Counted from the stretch's first letter, positions 25,501 to 38,495 are shown. The stretch is DNA of 64,000 bases from Sarea resinae (GCA_026026165.1 JAPEUD010000041.1:124001-188000), one strand, 5' to 3'. Made by a program: numbers and translations. Notes: a model not told the origin generated them from the letters alone.

Positions 25501-28123
25501 AGGCAAGATAGCGAATGAGATCAATATGACTCCATTTCGGTCCGGGCTTGCCGTCAGCTTTGCTATTGGGTGTAACGGGTGCTGCCATTAGACGCTCGAA
25601 GACCACTCCTAATTCAACAGTCTTTCGCACACCGAGAGCAACGAGAAACTTCTCCTTCACGCCTTGGAGTCCAATTACAACAGGGAGATCATCGAACAGC
25701 TTGACGCTTGGAAAGTAAGCCTCTGGTGGCTTTCTCATGCCTAATTTAGTCGGTATGACCGTGCGGCTGCTCAAAAGCTCCGTGACTGTTCCCTTGGAAG
25801 ATTGGCTGAGAGCATCCCATTGTTTCGATATGACTGGAAGAATTTGGGCGGCAAAAGATGCAGATGCTGTAATATCTTGTTCGGCAGTGAGGCAACCACG
25901 ACCACCGGAATTTTCAATCAACCAGCGAAGCCATGGTACTACTTGAAGCTCCTCCCACCCTAGAGCCTCAAGATCAAGTCGAGACATGTTCTTAATGAAT
26001 CTGTAGGGTACCGTGTTCGGTGGAACGGGGCCTTCAGCCAGGAGTTTAGAGGGATTGATGAAATGTTTGACTTCTGCAAGAACCAAAAGTCCGCCTTGCT
26101 TGCTCCCGACCGTTTCCTCTTCGATAGTGGCTACGGCAACATCGAGAAGGATTTTCACAGCTGCACCGTCGACATCGCCAATGACCGCCTTGCGGCTTAT
26201 CCATCTGAGAAATTCTCCAAGCTGGTCCGCACTCAAGGCTTTGGTCTCCAGCTCCTTCTGGATATCCCATATGGTTATCTCAGATATTAGGCCAAAGTCT
26301 TTAAGCTTCCTGACGAACTCATTTGCACCATTCATAAGTTCTTCTGGTAGTACTGGGATGCCTTCCACAAAGCTAAGATCTTCGGTGGCAATGCGCACTT
26401 CGTAGCTGGGGAGGACACCCCGTGTAGAAAGAATATCAAGGGAGGCCTTTTTATTACAAGTCCAGAAAGCTTCTTCGATAGTTTGGCCCACTAGTGAAGA
26501 CGGTGTCGAATCCTGAAACGTGAATTGCTTGAGTGTGTGAATTGCAGCATTCAGAACAGACATAACATCTTCTTTTGCAACTTTGCTTCGGCCAGAGGCC
26601 TTGACTGCGCGCGAGATCTTGTCTCGAATTTCATTCATTTCACCTGACCAGGCGATGCGACACACTATTCCCGCGGCTCTGAGCATTTCATAATTCCACG
26701 TCTTGACCATGCGCGCGTTTAGATCGATGCTTTCTCTCTCGACAGTAGGTATAACAGAAGGGGCAGAGATATGAGCCAGGAGACCGGTTGTCTGTGCTGT
26801 AGGGAAGCCTATAAATATCTTACCGGCTTTAGTTGGCAGCACAGAGGCGAATATGTCGACCGCTTTCCGGGCAGCACTGCCAGATGCTGAGGCTAATGAA
26901 GCAGAGCTTTCATCGTGTGACGACGTCAGAATTGCCAGTTTAGTAGTCTTCGGGGGAGGCTTCTTTGTAGCTCGCTCGAGTTCTTCCGCAAAAGACGCAC
27001 TGACCGAAGTTCGCAAGCTAGCTGTGCTGATGCCTAAGAAAACCGTAGCTTCCGATATGCCTGCTAGGTCTTCAAAGATAGCCTTCTGCGCAGCCGCTTC
27101 GTCTTCTCTTGCAGCTCGCTTCGCTGCTGTCTGAGAATGCGGTGGCCCAGCAGTAAGGCGAGAAAAGAAGCTCCGGAGTGATGGCGCAGAGACCGCGCCT
27201 GGCCCTATTTCTCGAGCTCCCGAGTTTGTGTAAAAGTCCGATGAAGGCTTCCATCCAACGATGTTCATCCACTTCGCATCTAGCTGGGCATTCTGGCGGT
27301 CAACGCTCATAACTTTCATGACGTTTTCTTTCGTTTTCGTATCTACATCTTTCGGAAGAGGTACGGGGACGCTTGGTGCTGCCTTCTTAGACACCGCTAA
27401 GACCTTCCAGTCGTCCACCCATAGCTCTATTGTCTCCAGTCCAACGAAAGTGAGGCTTGTCGCAAGGAATTGACATAGAGGTAAAAGGGCCGGTACTGGA
27501 GCACTCGTATTCCGATAGTCAAGTACGAAGCATGTTTCTGAACTGCCATGGTCGTCCGATAGCTGTAATCTCCTCGTGAACAGCGAGTTTCCCTTCCAGT
27601 AAAATGCCATGGCCTCTTTTCCAGAGCTCACAAAGGGCTCCTCACAGTCTGCAAATACACTGTAGAACCCGACTCCAAATGCCCCAATCTTCGTTTCGTC
27701 GGGATTGCCTTCGGCAATCCGCTTGAGCCGTGACCAGTCGTTTGCCCCGAAAGGTTGTCCATTATTTCTAACAAGGAGGCGCTTCAACGTATGGTGGAGA
27801 AGGACGTGCTTCACTGACGAAGCTTTATCGGTAGTATGTGGTACTGGAACGTCAGGGGATGGTAAAGTCTCGAATTTGATGATGACGCTCGAAGCGGAAG
27901 CATCTGCGGCGTTTTGCAACAGTTCACGAAGAACGGTCCTATACGATAGTCAGTCCTCGGAGATTCATAGCCAGGTCGGCTTTTCGGAAACTAACCATTC
28001 GCCGGAATATCTGGCTAGAACTTTGTCGATCAAAGCGCGAGTGTTGACGGTTACCGCTTCCTCGTCGAGAGTGGAACCAAGCGTCTGCTCTCTCAGAGCC
28101 GCATAATCTACGGCCGCCGTCAT
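22569..28123 (-). CDS. Large GHKL/HATPase (sacsin-like N-terminus), DUF3684-like protein with C-terminal HExxH motif
   Basis: Spliced model with introns 27995-27939 and 22808-22690. Motifs RELLQNAADA, NNGQPF, KIGAFGVGFYSVF near the N-terminus and IAFN..LFCN..CHELAHN near the C-terminus. The DUF3684 label is from recall, not a search. Confidence 0.85.
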
Positions 28124-28743
28124 TTCGGCTCCGCCTGTTCGTATTTCTCGGCCGACAGCCTAACAATCGACAGTCATCAATCTGGGTGTGTGGCAATATG
28201 TCGAGAGCTAGGTATCATCGAAGGCAGAAGATTGGCGAAATGAGACCTAAAGGAGACGGCTCAACGAGAGAGAGGGGGTGATGCGGGAGGGATGTTTAAA
28301 CGACACTTGGCAACTGGATAGACCATGAAGGATCCGAGGTGAAGGCCAAACGGGAGAGAAAGGTAGCGAACGGTCGTTGTATGTCTGTGGTTGTGGCGAA
28401 GAGGCCATATACGATTCACCAGGTATGAAATAGGTAGGTAAACAGGTAGGATAGAGAGGTACCTTGGAGAGGTCGAGTGGTAGGTATCTTCGCGTAGATC
28501 TTAGGGGATGCGGTACTTCATATGCTGTACCTCGAGAAGAAGCATCATGGTCAGCAAGTCCAGCTTCGGAGGTAAGTTGCTCGATCCGGAACACGTTGAC
28601 CGCCCGCGCCTACAGCGTGAAGAGCCCTCGACTGTCCGAAGTCGGGTACCGTACTGCAGGCTGCCTGCATACGGTGTGCATGGTCGACCAACTACGATGT
28701 GATGATCAGATAATGGATCCATGGCCGAGGACCACACCTAATG

Positions 28744-28776
28744 CGCAGTACGCAGTATGAAGTACTGCGTACTGCG
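28744..28776. repeat. Perfect 14-bp inverted repeat with 5-nt spacer in a divergent promoter
   Basis: CGCAGTACGCAGTA-tgaag-TACTGCGTACTGCG. Confidence 0.9.
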
Positions 28777-29090
28777 TACAGTGACTGACCTGCTGTACCA
28801 CCGACCTGAGCTAGGGCAATCACTGCCGTGAGAGCAACATACCGTGTCGTCAAAGGCTCGCTGCACTGGAATTGCCTGCACCCCGACTTCTGGCTCTCCT
28901 TCGATCAATCTTCCTGCACCCTTTGCGGATCCATACAGTCTTGCGAACCTAACGAGGGCAGCTCGAGAATCGAGGGTCTCTTTCTTTCATTTGTCTTCCA
29001 GCAATGTTATCCTCGGGCCCGCAATAGACATGGTACACCGCTCCCAACGCACATCAAGGCTCAGATAGCATCTTGTGCGCAGATGTCGCC

Positions 29091-32000
29091 ATGGCACTTG
29101 ACCCCCTTTCACCCATCGCACCGGCGCGCGTACGTGCGCTACTATTGCCTATAGGGAGGATCCGCCGCTCACGATTCCTGAGCTTCGTGGACCGAATACA
29201 GCAGGAAAATGTAATCCGGCTGGGGGACATCAGTCCCGACTCACGGCCAAATCGAAGTATGTTGAAAGGCCATGCTTCAGATGAATGCTGGACGGCAGAA
29301 CAGGAATACTAATGTGACGATTCATCTAGCAATGTTCTCGCCGCTCGCATATCCGACAGGTATGATGGTCTACGAACTTTCGACCTCAATGCCTCCTCCC
29401 TCGCATCTATCGCTTTCCCCTTTCGAGCTCTTTCGAGAACCTCTAGCAATTTTCGGAATCTCGGACGCCAAGGAGTTGGCAGGGACAGATAATGGTGAGG
29501 AAAATTCAAGGGGCTCTCTTGCGAATGGAAACGTCGAAGCCCCACCGGCGCACGAAGGGGGCTTTGAACGGCTCCTCGAGGAGTTAGATTCTATGCGGGA
29601 ACAATTTCCAAAGGCTCTGGTACACCAAGTGTTGGTGTTCGATTATATCTCGACCGAAAACATCCACACTATCCCTGAAGGCATAACGACAGTGCCTCCT
29701 CCAGAGTTGTCAAGAACTACTACGATGAAGACAACTATGTGCGATTTGTCCGCTTTGCTGCTGGGAGAGATGACCAGTCTTGCCAGGTCATTGCAGGCAC
29801 TAGACTCGATCAATTCGCCCAGTATATCCAAAGGTGCGCAAGCAAGTTACTCTGCGTGGGCGTCGGATCAGGCAGGAGGCATAATACGTCGGAACTCTCA
29901 AACTCCCGACAGCTCACGTCCAGGCTCAGCTGGCAGTACAGAACGATACCCTCATCGTATGTCAATGCCTACACAGCTCCCCTCTTCGTCGTCAGTACCT
30001 CAAGCAACATCTGCAATAAGATCCCGACCAACATCCCCCCCAAGTCGGGACGTGACACCACCGCCTACCACATTTGACGAGATTGCCGGTGTTGGAGCGC
30101 CAGCTGAGGGACCAGCTGAGAATACGGTGACAAGGTCTAGCGCAGGAAGCGTTCTGCGAGAGGCGAGTCGTGATCGGATGTCGGTCGCGGGTTTTGGATC
30201 TGGCAACATGAGCGAAAGGGCCAAAAACAAGGGAAAAGCTCGCGTTGGCATTGTGATCGGCTCCTTGTATCTCCACGCTGGTCGATGGACTGATGCTCTC
30301 CGCGAGCTCTCCGAGAACGCCTCCATCGCTAAGGCTAATAGCGATCACCTATGGCATGCCAAAGGGCTCGAGAACATTTTAGTGTGTCTGCTCATGTCCG
30401 CATGGGCGGGAACCGATTTCCAGGTAAAACCCCATCAAGGGGGCTCTCTCGGACATTCACTGGAATGTGCCAATCCATTGAGATGCTAATTAGCTCGTCA
30501 TGTCGTAGATTCCGCAGATTTGTTATCCCGTCCCAGACAAGGCATCATCCTTGAGGCTATCGCCCCAGCACACACCATCTGGCAGTACTACAGACATCTC
30601 TACCGATGAAGAGTCGAGGGCTGCGACTCGTTTTGTGGTGCTACAGAACCTTGCAACTCTCCTTCCTGATATCATTAACATGATTCTTAATCTATATACC
30701 CGCTCTGCCAACTTCGCTGGAGAAGCATTGCCCTTATTAGCATTCTCAGAGTCTACTATTCGTTTCTCCAAGCTCCTTACTGCGATGCATCTTTCCGACG
30801 GACGATTAAACGACAGCGCTTTGCAGCATATTGTAACTGGTACACCCATTGATGAGCGATCCCGACCTCGATTCCGAATTATGGTATCTCCTACACGAAC
30901 AGAAATCACAGCTATGGTATTCCGCGCGTTCCCACCCCCTCCGTCAACCGCCAGTCTAAGCGTTGTCGACCATACTATCATACTCGCCGGCATCGCTTCT
31001 GTACTATCATCGTTAGGTTTTCATAGGAAAAAGGCACTCGTGATCAAAGAGATGATCTCAATTCTCATACCTGGACTTGTTCAAGCCCGAAAAGTCGGCG
31101 CAGCAGAAATGGGCGTTCACCCAGCTGCTGGTCTAGCTGCGTTGAATACCTCTGGCGCGGGATCTGGAGGTGCCGGAGCCTTAGACCTCGGTGAGGGAGA
31201 TGTGGAATCTGGAATCAGCGAGCTTTTCGGCTCGATAGGACGAGTATACGGTGTGGTCACACCATCACCTTCATTTAAAGATGTCTCGAGACCGGATCAG
31301 AAGCAAATTGGCGTGATCACTGCAGACGATAGAGTAAAATCTTGGATGCGAGATGACAGCAATGATGCGATTATAGAGAGCATACTTCGGCAGGCTACGG
31401 TGCGCTCTTTCGGCAGCCGGAACCTGAAGCTGAGCATTCTGAGATCCTGCATCAACTTCTGTGAAGCTCTCCCGGATTTCAATGGCGTGCTTCAATTCAC
31501 GACGGAGCTTCTACGCACGGCTGGAAGCGGCATTGCACCTGGTGTAGACAGCAAAGATGGTTCAGCAGCATTGTCTAAGGAGGATCAGCTACGTCTAGCA
31601 ACCAATGTTTCCCGGACAGTCAGCGCTGCTAAGAAGCTTGGATTGCCCAATATTGAAGCCGAGTATTGGGATGAATTCCTTGTGCGGGGGGTAGAGGCTG
31701 TCGAGGACCAGTCGTGGCGGACACCAGTTCGCCACTCTAAAAGCGAATTGGTTGAAGCCGGTGCGACGGAGGGAAAGAAAGAGACCAGTCCGTTCATCTA
31801 CAACCCTTTCCTCAAGCAGCCAGATACCTCTGTTGGTGGGGCACTGCTAGTTGCCGAAGAAAGAGCAGACTTCATGGTAACACTGCAAAATCCCTTTGAC
31901 TTTGATGTCGATATTGAGCGGCTGTTGCTTGAGACGGAAGGTCCAGAGTTTGAGTCCATGCCGCAAAGCCTTTGGATTGGACCTTATCGTACCCAAACTG

Positions 32001-33994
32001 TTGCCGTCTCTGGCACAGCAAAGGCGCCAGGAGTCCTGCGAGTTACTGGATGCATCGCCAAAGTGAAGGGCTGCCGAGAGAGGCGATATCCCATATTTAC
32101 CGACCCTTGGTCGCCCGATCCGGAGAGCAAGATAAAGGCTATTGGCCTCTCAGCATCCCAACGACGAATTGCTCGACCTCTGTCCACAGCATCTACACAA
32201 TCGAAAAGCAGACATCCACAGCCAACACCCGGGCCTAAAGCTGACACTCTGGATTTGACGGTCATTGCCGAGCAGCCTACTGTCGTCGTAAGTTCTACCT
32301 CGCTCTCTCAATCTGCCATCATGGTCCTCGAAGGAGAGACAAGGATATTTACCATCACACTTCAAAACCGGTCCGCCACGACACCGGTGAATTTGCTTCT
32401 CTTTTCATTTCAGGATTCTACGACCCCCCCTCTACGAGCTGCCATGAACAACAAAGACGTATCGCCGGCGGAACTTTATGAACTTGAATTAATGTTCACA
32501 CGACAGCAAGCTTTTCGCTGGCGGCAAAGTGCTGATGAACAGCCAGCATCTATACCACCTGGGCAGTCGGCGACGTTTGACATAGAAGTCCTTGGAAAGC
32601 CAGGCTTGACCAGTGGCCTCGTGCAGGTAGATTACGCCTACCTCGGCGTCCCAAGGGAACAGCTAGAAAACACATTCTACACACGACAAGTCAACGTCCC
32701 CGTAGCCGTCACCGTAAACGCCAGCATCGAGCTTGGCCGAGCCGATCTTCTTCCCTTCTCCGATGACTTTGCCTGGTCGAATCAGCAACGCCAGCAACAA
32801 CGGAAAGCGGACTCTGGCCCATCCCAATCGAATGCCCTCAAGCGCACCGAGAGCCGAGCCCTTATAGGCGACAGTCGGTTCCGCTCTCTCCTTGAACGCG
32901 TTGGTCTAGACACCGATCCGAACTTTCCCAGTACCCACAATTCCCATTGTCTCCTCCTTCTCGACCTCCGAAATGCTTGGCCAGAGCCTCTCCACATCTC
33001 CCTCCAAGTGCGCCAAACGCCCTCCAAACGACAGAGTAGTGCGTCCTACGAAGGGCCAGAGGAGACGCACAATCGACCTTGGCCACGCGCCTACACCGTC
33101 CACGAGACCATTCAACCGGGCCACACAACGCGCGTTTTGCTCCTTCTTCCCCGCATTTTTATCCCCAACCCGCACGCGCCCATCCCCTCGCTCAATCCGG
33201 CCCACCAGCGCCAATTCGTGCTCTCCTCAGCCACTCCGATCTCCCCGGATATCGAGCGTGCCTCCCGGGAAGCTTTTTGGTATCGTGAAGAACTGCTCAA
33301 GCTTGTCAGGGGAACGTGGATAGAAGAAGCCACGGGCCGAGAGGGGGCATTGGAGTTGAGGGGATTAAGACTTTCGGGACGAATGGTCGAGGCGGTCAAG
33401 ATCGAGGAGCTCGGGATCGAGAATACCATCGTCTTTGCCTCATCGTCTTCATCATCGTCATCATCGTCATCATCATCATCCTCATCATCCTCAGCCTCCT
33501 CAGCCTCCTCCTCGGCAGGCCCACGAGCGACATTGAATATGTCGTCGCGCACCATGCACCAGGTCCCCACCACCACGCCTCTTACCATCCGCACCACCCT
33601 CACGAATCACACGCTCCGCCCCGTTCGCCCTCTCGTCCGCTTCCTCCCGTCGCTCGCGCACACTCATCCTCCTATCGCTCTCGACATCAGCAAACGACTT
33701 GCTTGGAGCGGATGTCTGCAGCGGCCCGTGGGGATTATCCCGGCCGGTGGGAAGGTGGAAGTGGAGACGGGCCTGTGCGTTTTGTGCCGAGGTGTTTACG
33801 AGTTCGGAATAGTCGTTGAAGAGGTTGTCAGGCTTGACGATGGGGATGCGGGCAAGGAGGGAGTGGTGGGAGATGTGCTGGCTGGTGGCAAGGCGAGGAG
33901 GGTCTGGTGTAGTCGCGAAGGCGGGGTGCGCATCGTTGCCTTTGACGGTGATGGTGACGACTCTGATGCCGAGAACGGGGAACGAGATGCATGA
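29091..33994 (+). CDS. TRS120: TRAPP II complex subunit Trs120 (HypA-like)
   Basis: MALDPLSPIAPARVRALLLPIG, MFSPLAYPTG, LSPFELFREP, GSLYLHAGRW..DHLWHAKGLE, YWDEFLVRGV, PFIYNPF, VTLQNPFDFDV. Introns 29257-29329 and 30424-30508 join the ORFs in frame. Confidence 0.92.
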
Positions 33995-36098
33995 TGAGTA
34001 TGGTCGAATCTTCTTGGGTTAGTCTGTTGGCTGTTGTATATTCCACACGAGCCAAAGCAAGAACGAAGCAAAGAAGGGGAGAAGGGGTCGAAAGAAAGGA
34101 AGAAAAGTGTATGATACGTAATATACATAGTTCAGTGGATTTTGCTTCATCATGAGGTTTATGTTCAGCTATATGTGTAGATATCCATTCACCGTCAACA
34201 CTTGTGGACCGCATAGGCTATTTCCTTGTTTGCGTCACACCATAACACAATCCCACCCACCCCATCATCTTCCTGTTCTTCTGTGCGACAAGACATTGGA
34301 AGTCTGCGACCGTTATAATTGCAAAGATCTCTACGAATCTGCATCACACTCGTTGCCCTTGAGAGACTGATTCTGAGATGGGGAGATTACACCTGCATCC
34401 TCACCTACCTACCTTACCTTACCTGTCCTGGCCTGCCTATCTCCTACCGCATACCTGTTACTTGACATCCGTCGTCTCTCTGTCGCGGGTCGCCCTGGGT
34501 CGCCCCAGGTCACGCTAGGTCGCCCTGAGTAAAGGTCCCTTCAAGCAGGTAAGCACTAAGACCGAGATGGACCCTGGACCGAAGAGGCGTGGAAACATCA
34601 GAAAGCTTAACGATGATGGACCGAGAAGGCAGACTCACGGCTGATGTGCAGCATCGGGTACCGCCCTCTGCACTTCGGTTGTTTTGTCCCGAACAGGGAA
34701 ACTCGCCAAGGCGCGAGAGTCCGCCACGCTGCATGTGTGTGCCCTCTCGTGCCGAAAGAAGGGAGAGAGGAGGCGTGACCGGGAGCACGCGAACCCTGAG
34801 CTGCGTGGATGGGTGCAGGTGGGCGCAAAGGATAGGATGGGAAGAGATGGGACGTGTTGGCTGGCTGGGTGCTCATAGTATTCGCAGGGAGGAGTTCGAA
34901 TTCTCACGATGGATTCTCACGAGAAGCCGATCACCATCAGGACGGGGGGGATTTCGGGTGTTGATGGGACCAAACTGTCATGAGAGATCACCCTAAGCGT
35001 GTCGGCGGCTCTGGGGAGCGAGCGAGCAGCAGCAGCAGCAGCGGCAGAAGCAGCAGCAGAAGAGAGGCACAGCCAGAGGAGAAGGGAAATAGACGAGTAT
35101 TTCGCACATGGACAGCGGGAGGAATGAAGGTTAATCTCTGATCTGCATCTCGCTACTGCACGTTCCCTGCTGGCTCGTTGTTGTTGTTGTTGTTGCTGTT
35201 GCTGATCGAGACGTCTACTCCGGAGTAGACTACTATCTCGAACTACTACTATTATTGCTATTTGGTGTTGCAGCTCGCGGCGACATCGCTACCTGTCACT
35301 CGATTCGTGCTCGCCTTGGTCGGCCCTACACTCTTCTGGGCACTTCTGCTCGGATCAGAGACAACGTGCGCCTGGGGCGCACCCCAACGACCCTAATGTC
35401 CCCCCTAAACCGGTCAGAAGGCTGACCGCTCGCGAGCCATTGGGCCAGGGTGGTTACCATGTCCCAAACGACGAGGTTGACGCCCGCTTCCCGCCCTCAA
35501 AGCGTACTCCGTAATTGGCTCTCGAGACAGATCGGTCGGCCTGAAGACGTCCGGGATCAAGCAAGAGACTCTCAGAGACGAATGATCGGCGAAGGCGGCG
35601 AGGACGGCGAGGGCACTTGACTGGTCTGGCACGGACAGCATTGCTTCTTGGTAAGTTCGCGAGCCTTTCTTTTCCTACTGGAAGCTACTACAGCGGCTTG
35701 CTTGAGCCTGGGCTTCACCATGGCCTTGGGCAGTTTGATGGACGTGCATGCTTCCAGCCTTGTTGTCGGCTCGTCCCCTCAGTCCGGCTGGAAGCGGTGC
35801 GGGCTGGCTAGGCTTCTCATTATTTAATCTCTGGTTCCTGTCTCGCGAAAATCAAAGCTTACTCTTCCAAGCCTCCCCGCTGCCCGTGCCTGCTGTTCGT
35901 GCCGGAAGCTTCAAGTCAAGACGTTGAGCATTTGTCTTCCCCTTGGTGTAACGCAAGCTCTGGGCAGTGAACACGAGCGGCTTGACAGGCAGACAGGCCG
36001 CTGTTTTTGGACTTCGGCCTCGTCGTCTAATCAATTAAATCAATATCCGCCTTCTACTCTTTGTCTTCATCTCAAGCCTTTTCTGCGTCTGAAGCAAC

Positions 36099-38318
36099 AT
36101 GTCGACGGCCGCCGGTGCGCACATCTACGTCGGTCCGTGGATCAACTGGTCTCACGGCCTCATCAAAGGATCGACCATTACTCTCTCCTCGCGCGACGCG
36201 GGTCTTTTGACGGCCTTCCTCGCTCTGTTCGTCAGCTTTGCCGGAGGACAGCTGTGGACGATCCTCAGCTTTGTGATCCACCAGAGTAGAGCGAGCCTGA
36301 AGGACAAAGATGGACTCCATCACCAGCAGCAAGCGATTCTCCGGAATACTGGATCTGCTGGTGCGGCATCCTACCAGCTCGCCCGTCTTGCCCTGCCGTG
36401 GTGGAAACGGGCGAAGAGGCCGGTCTGGCGCACGATCCCCGTTATGATCCTGCCTTTGATCAATCTCGTCGGATTCGGCGTTGCTGGTATCTTCTCATCT
36501 CAGGTCACCAAGGCGCCGGGAAATGAGACGCTCATCCACAGCGACAACTGCGGCTGGTGGGCCATCGATGCCAATGCCCCTCCCCTCGATAGGGTATATG
36601 CCCTCCAGAACAAGGTCTTGAACGACTCGATCAATGCTGCCAACTATGCGCGCTCCTGCTACGGATTGATGGCCAACCCGCTCGACTGCAGTCAGTACAC
36701 CAAGGCCCAGATCGCATACACGACCAAGACTAACGTCAGTTGTCCCTTTGCCGCCGACATCTGCCTCGGCTCCACCACGATGGCCTTTGAGATGGATACG
36801 GGGCGCATCAACTCCCACGAGGACCTCGGCATCAACAGCAGAAAAGAACACCGCATCGAATACCGACACGTCACCACCTGCGCTCTGCTCAAGGACAGCA
36901 AGTACTTTGCACTCGAGAACCAGACGTCGCCGGACGCCGCTTACCCGGACGACCAGTTCCAGCGCCTCTACCTGGGCCCCATCGTCGACGTCGCCAACTG
37001 GACGTACCAGTACAACGTGCACGCGCCCGTCGACGGCTTTGGCTACGAACTCGGCACCGTCCAGGCGCTCGCGGGCGTCGCCGGCAACACCTGGCTCCCC
37101 GTCGACGACCTCAACCGCACCGACGCCGATGTCTCGCTCTTCTTCCTGACGCCCAACGCCATCGGCTTCGCCGAGCCCGTCGACGACCCCTTTTTCGCCG
37201 CCCACCAGCCGCGCTGGGCCGTCACCAACGGCGTCAACCAGACCTGGTACGACACGGACTACTACATCCACCTCATGGGCTGCAGCGACCAGCACCAATA
37301 CTGCAACCCGACGACGGGCGCGTGCACGGCGCTGACGTCGTCCCAGCTCGCCGTCAACGAGCTGCCCTCGCTCGGTTTGAACTACGAGCAGCACTTCACG
37401 GGCACCCGCATCGGCCTCATCCTCGGTAGCATCAACACCTACTTTGCCGTCAACGGCCGCGGCGCCGCCGCCCTGCGCGCGCGCGACTCCGTCTACGAAT
37501 CCACCCAGGGCCCGCTGCCGGACAACCAGTGGACCGTCGAGGCGTCGTCGTGGTTCGCCGTCGGCCTGGCCAAGCTGCAGCGGGCCACGGTCGACTACGC
37601 CACGGGGCCGGCGACGACGCAGACGGGCTCGTACGTGCAGGCGCCCCTGGACCCGGTCTCGACGGCGCAGTGCCGCGCGCAAAAAGTGCGCCAATCGACC
37701 TCGCACGTGTCGTTTTCCGTGCTCGGCGTCGCCATCATCCTCGTCGTCGGGTCGCTGATCATTCTCGTGTCGCTCGCGCTCGAGCCGCTCGTCGGCGCCG
37801 TCGAGCGCCACCTGCGCCTGCCCCGCGGCAGGAAACCCCACCGCTTCCTCTCCTGGGTCCTCGACGACAAGCTGCAGCTCCAGCGGCTCGCGTACGAGGA
37901 GGCCGGCATGGGCGTCTGGCACGGCGCCACCGATGCCGTGCCCGTCACCGCGCATGGCGACCGCTTCGGCCTGCCCGACGGCGTCGATCCTAGACATCCG
38001 CGCTTGCGCACCGGTTTGGATGAGAGCCTGGTTGGTCGCGGCGTCGGCATGGGTGTGGGCATGAGCGAGAGGGAGTCTGCCTCGTCGTCGTCGCCTGTGC
38101 CGCCTGCTGCCGATGGCGCTTTTTTCCGCCATCATGGCCGGGCCACCAGCGAGTTCGATGGTATTGCCGCTGCTGGTGTTGGTTCTGGAGGTGGTGCTTG
38201 TCGCGGCACGGCTGAGACGAAGGGGTTGTTGGGCGGCGGCGGCGGCGGCGGCGGCGACGATGACGAAGAGGTCAAGGCTGGTGGTGGGGCGTTTGTCGAT
38301 GTGCGGGAGATGAGATGA
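36099..38318 (+). CDS. 739-aa membrane protein of unknown function (N-terminal TM segments, large Cys-containing luminal domain, C-terminal TM)
   Basis: Intronless ORF with strong GC3 bias. Hydrophobic segments LLTAFLALFVSFAG, VMILPLINLVGFGVAGIF and VLGVAIILVVGSLIILVSLAL; several N-x-S/T sequons. Confidence 0.85.
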   Translation: MSTAAGAHIYVGPWINWSHGLIKGSTITLSSRDAGLLTAFLALFVSFAGGQLWTILSFVIHQSRASLKDKDGLHHQQQAILRNTGSAGAASYQLARLALPWWKRAKRPVWRTIPVMILPLINLVGFGVAGIFSSQVTKAPGNETLIHSDNCGWWAIDANAPPLDRVYALQNKVLNDSINAANYARSCYGLMANPLDCSQYTKAQIAYTTKTNVSCPFAADICLGSTTMAFEMDTGRINSHEDLGINSRKEHRIEYRHVTTCALLKDSKYFALENQTSPDAAYPDDQFQRLYLGPIVDVANWTYQYNVHAPVDGFGYELGTVQALAGVAGNTWLPVDDLNRTDADVSLFFLTPNAIGFAEPVDDPFFAAHQPRWAVTNGVNQTWYDTDYYIHLMGCSDQHQYCNPTTGACTALTSSQLAVNELPSLGLNYEQHFTGTRIGLILGSINTYFAVNGRGAAALRARDSVYESTQGPLPDNQWTVEASSWFAVGLAKLQRATVDYATGPATTQTGSYVQAPLDPVSTAQCRAQKVRQSTSHVSFSVLGVAIILVVGSLIILVSLALEPLVGAVERHLRLPRGRKPHRFLSWVLDDKLQLQRLAYEEAGMGVWHGATDAVPVTAHGDRFGLPDGVDPRHPRLRTGLDESLVGRGVGMGVGMSERESASSSSPVPPAADGAFFRHHGRATSEFDGIAAAGVGSGGGACRGTAETKGLLGGGGGGGGDDDEEVKAGGGAFVDVREMR

Positions 38319-38384
38319 GTTGAGATGCGATGATATGACATGATATGATGTTTTGGTCATGTTGGTGATGAGAATAATATTGAG

Positions 38385-38495
38385 ATTAATGGACTTTGAT
38401 TTGACTCGATTTACTTTGACTTGGACTTGACTTTGACCTGACTTGCCATGCCCTAATTTGACTTGACTCTGACGTTGACTTTGATTTGGACTACT
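38385..38495. repeat. Degenerate TTGAC(T)/TTTGA simple repeat in a 3' region
   Basis: Repeated gactttga/ttgact units read directly. Confidence 0.75.

Noticed and set aside
36099..38318. Cytochrome P450 assignment for the 739-aa protein
   Set aside because: No FxxGxxxCxG haem motif, and a multi-TM topology unlike P450s.
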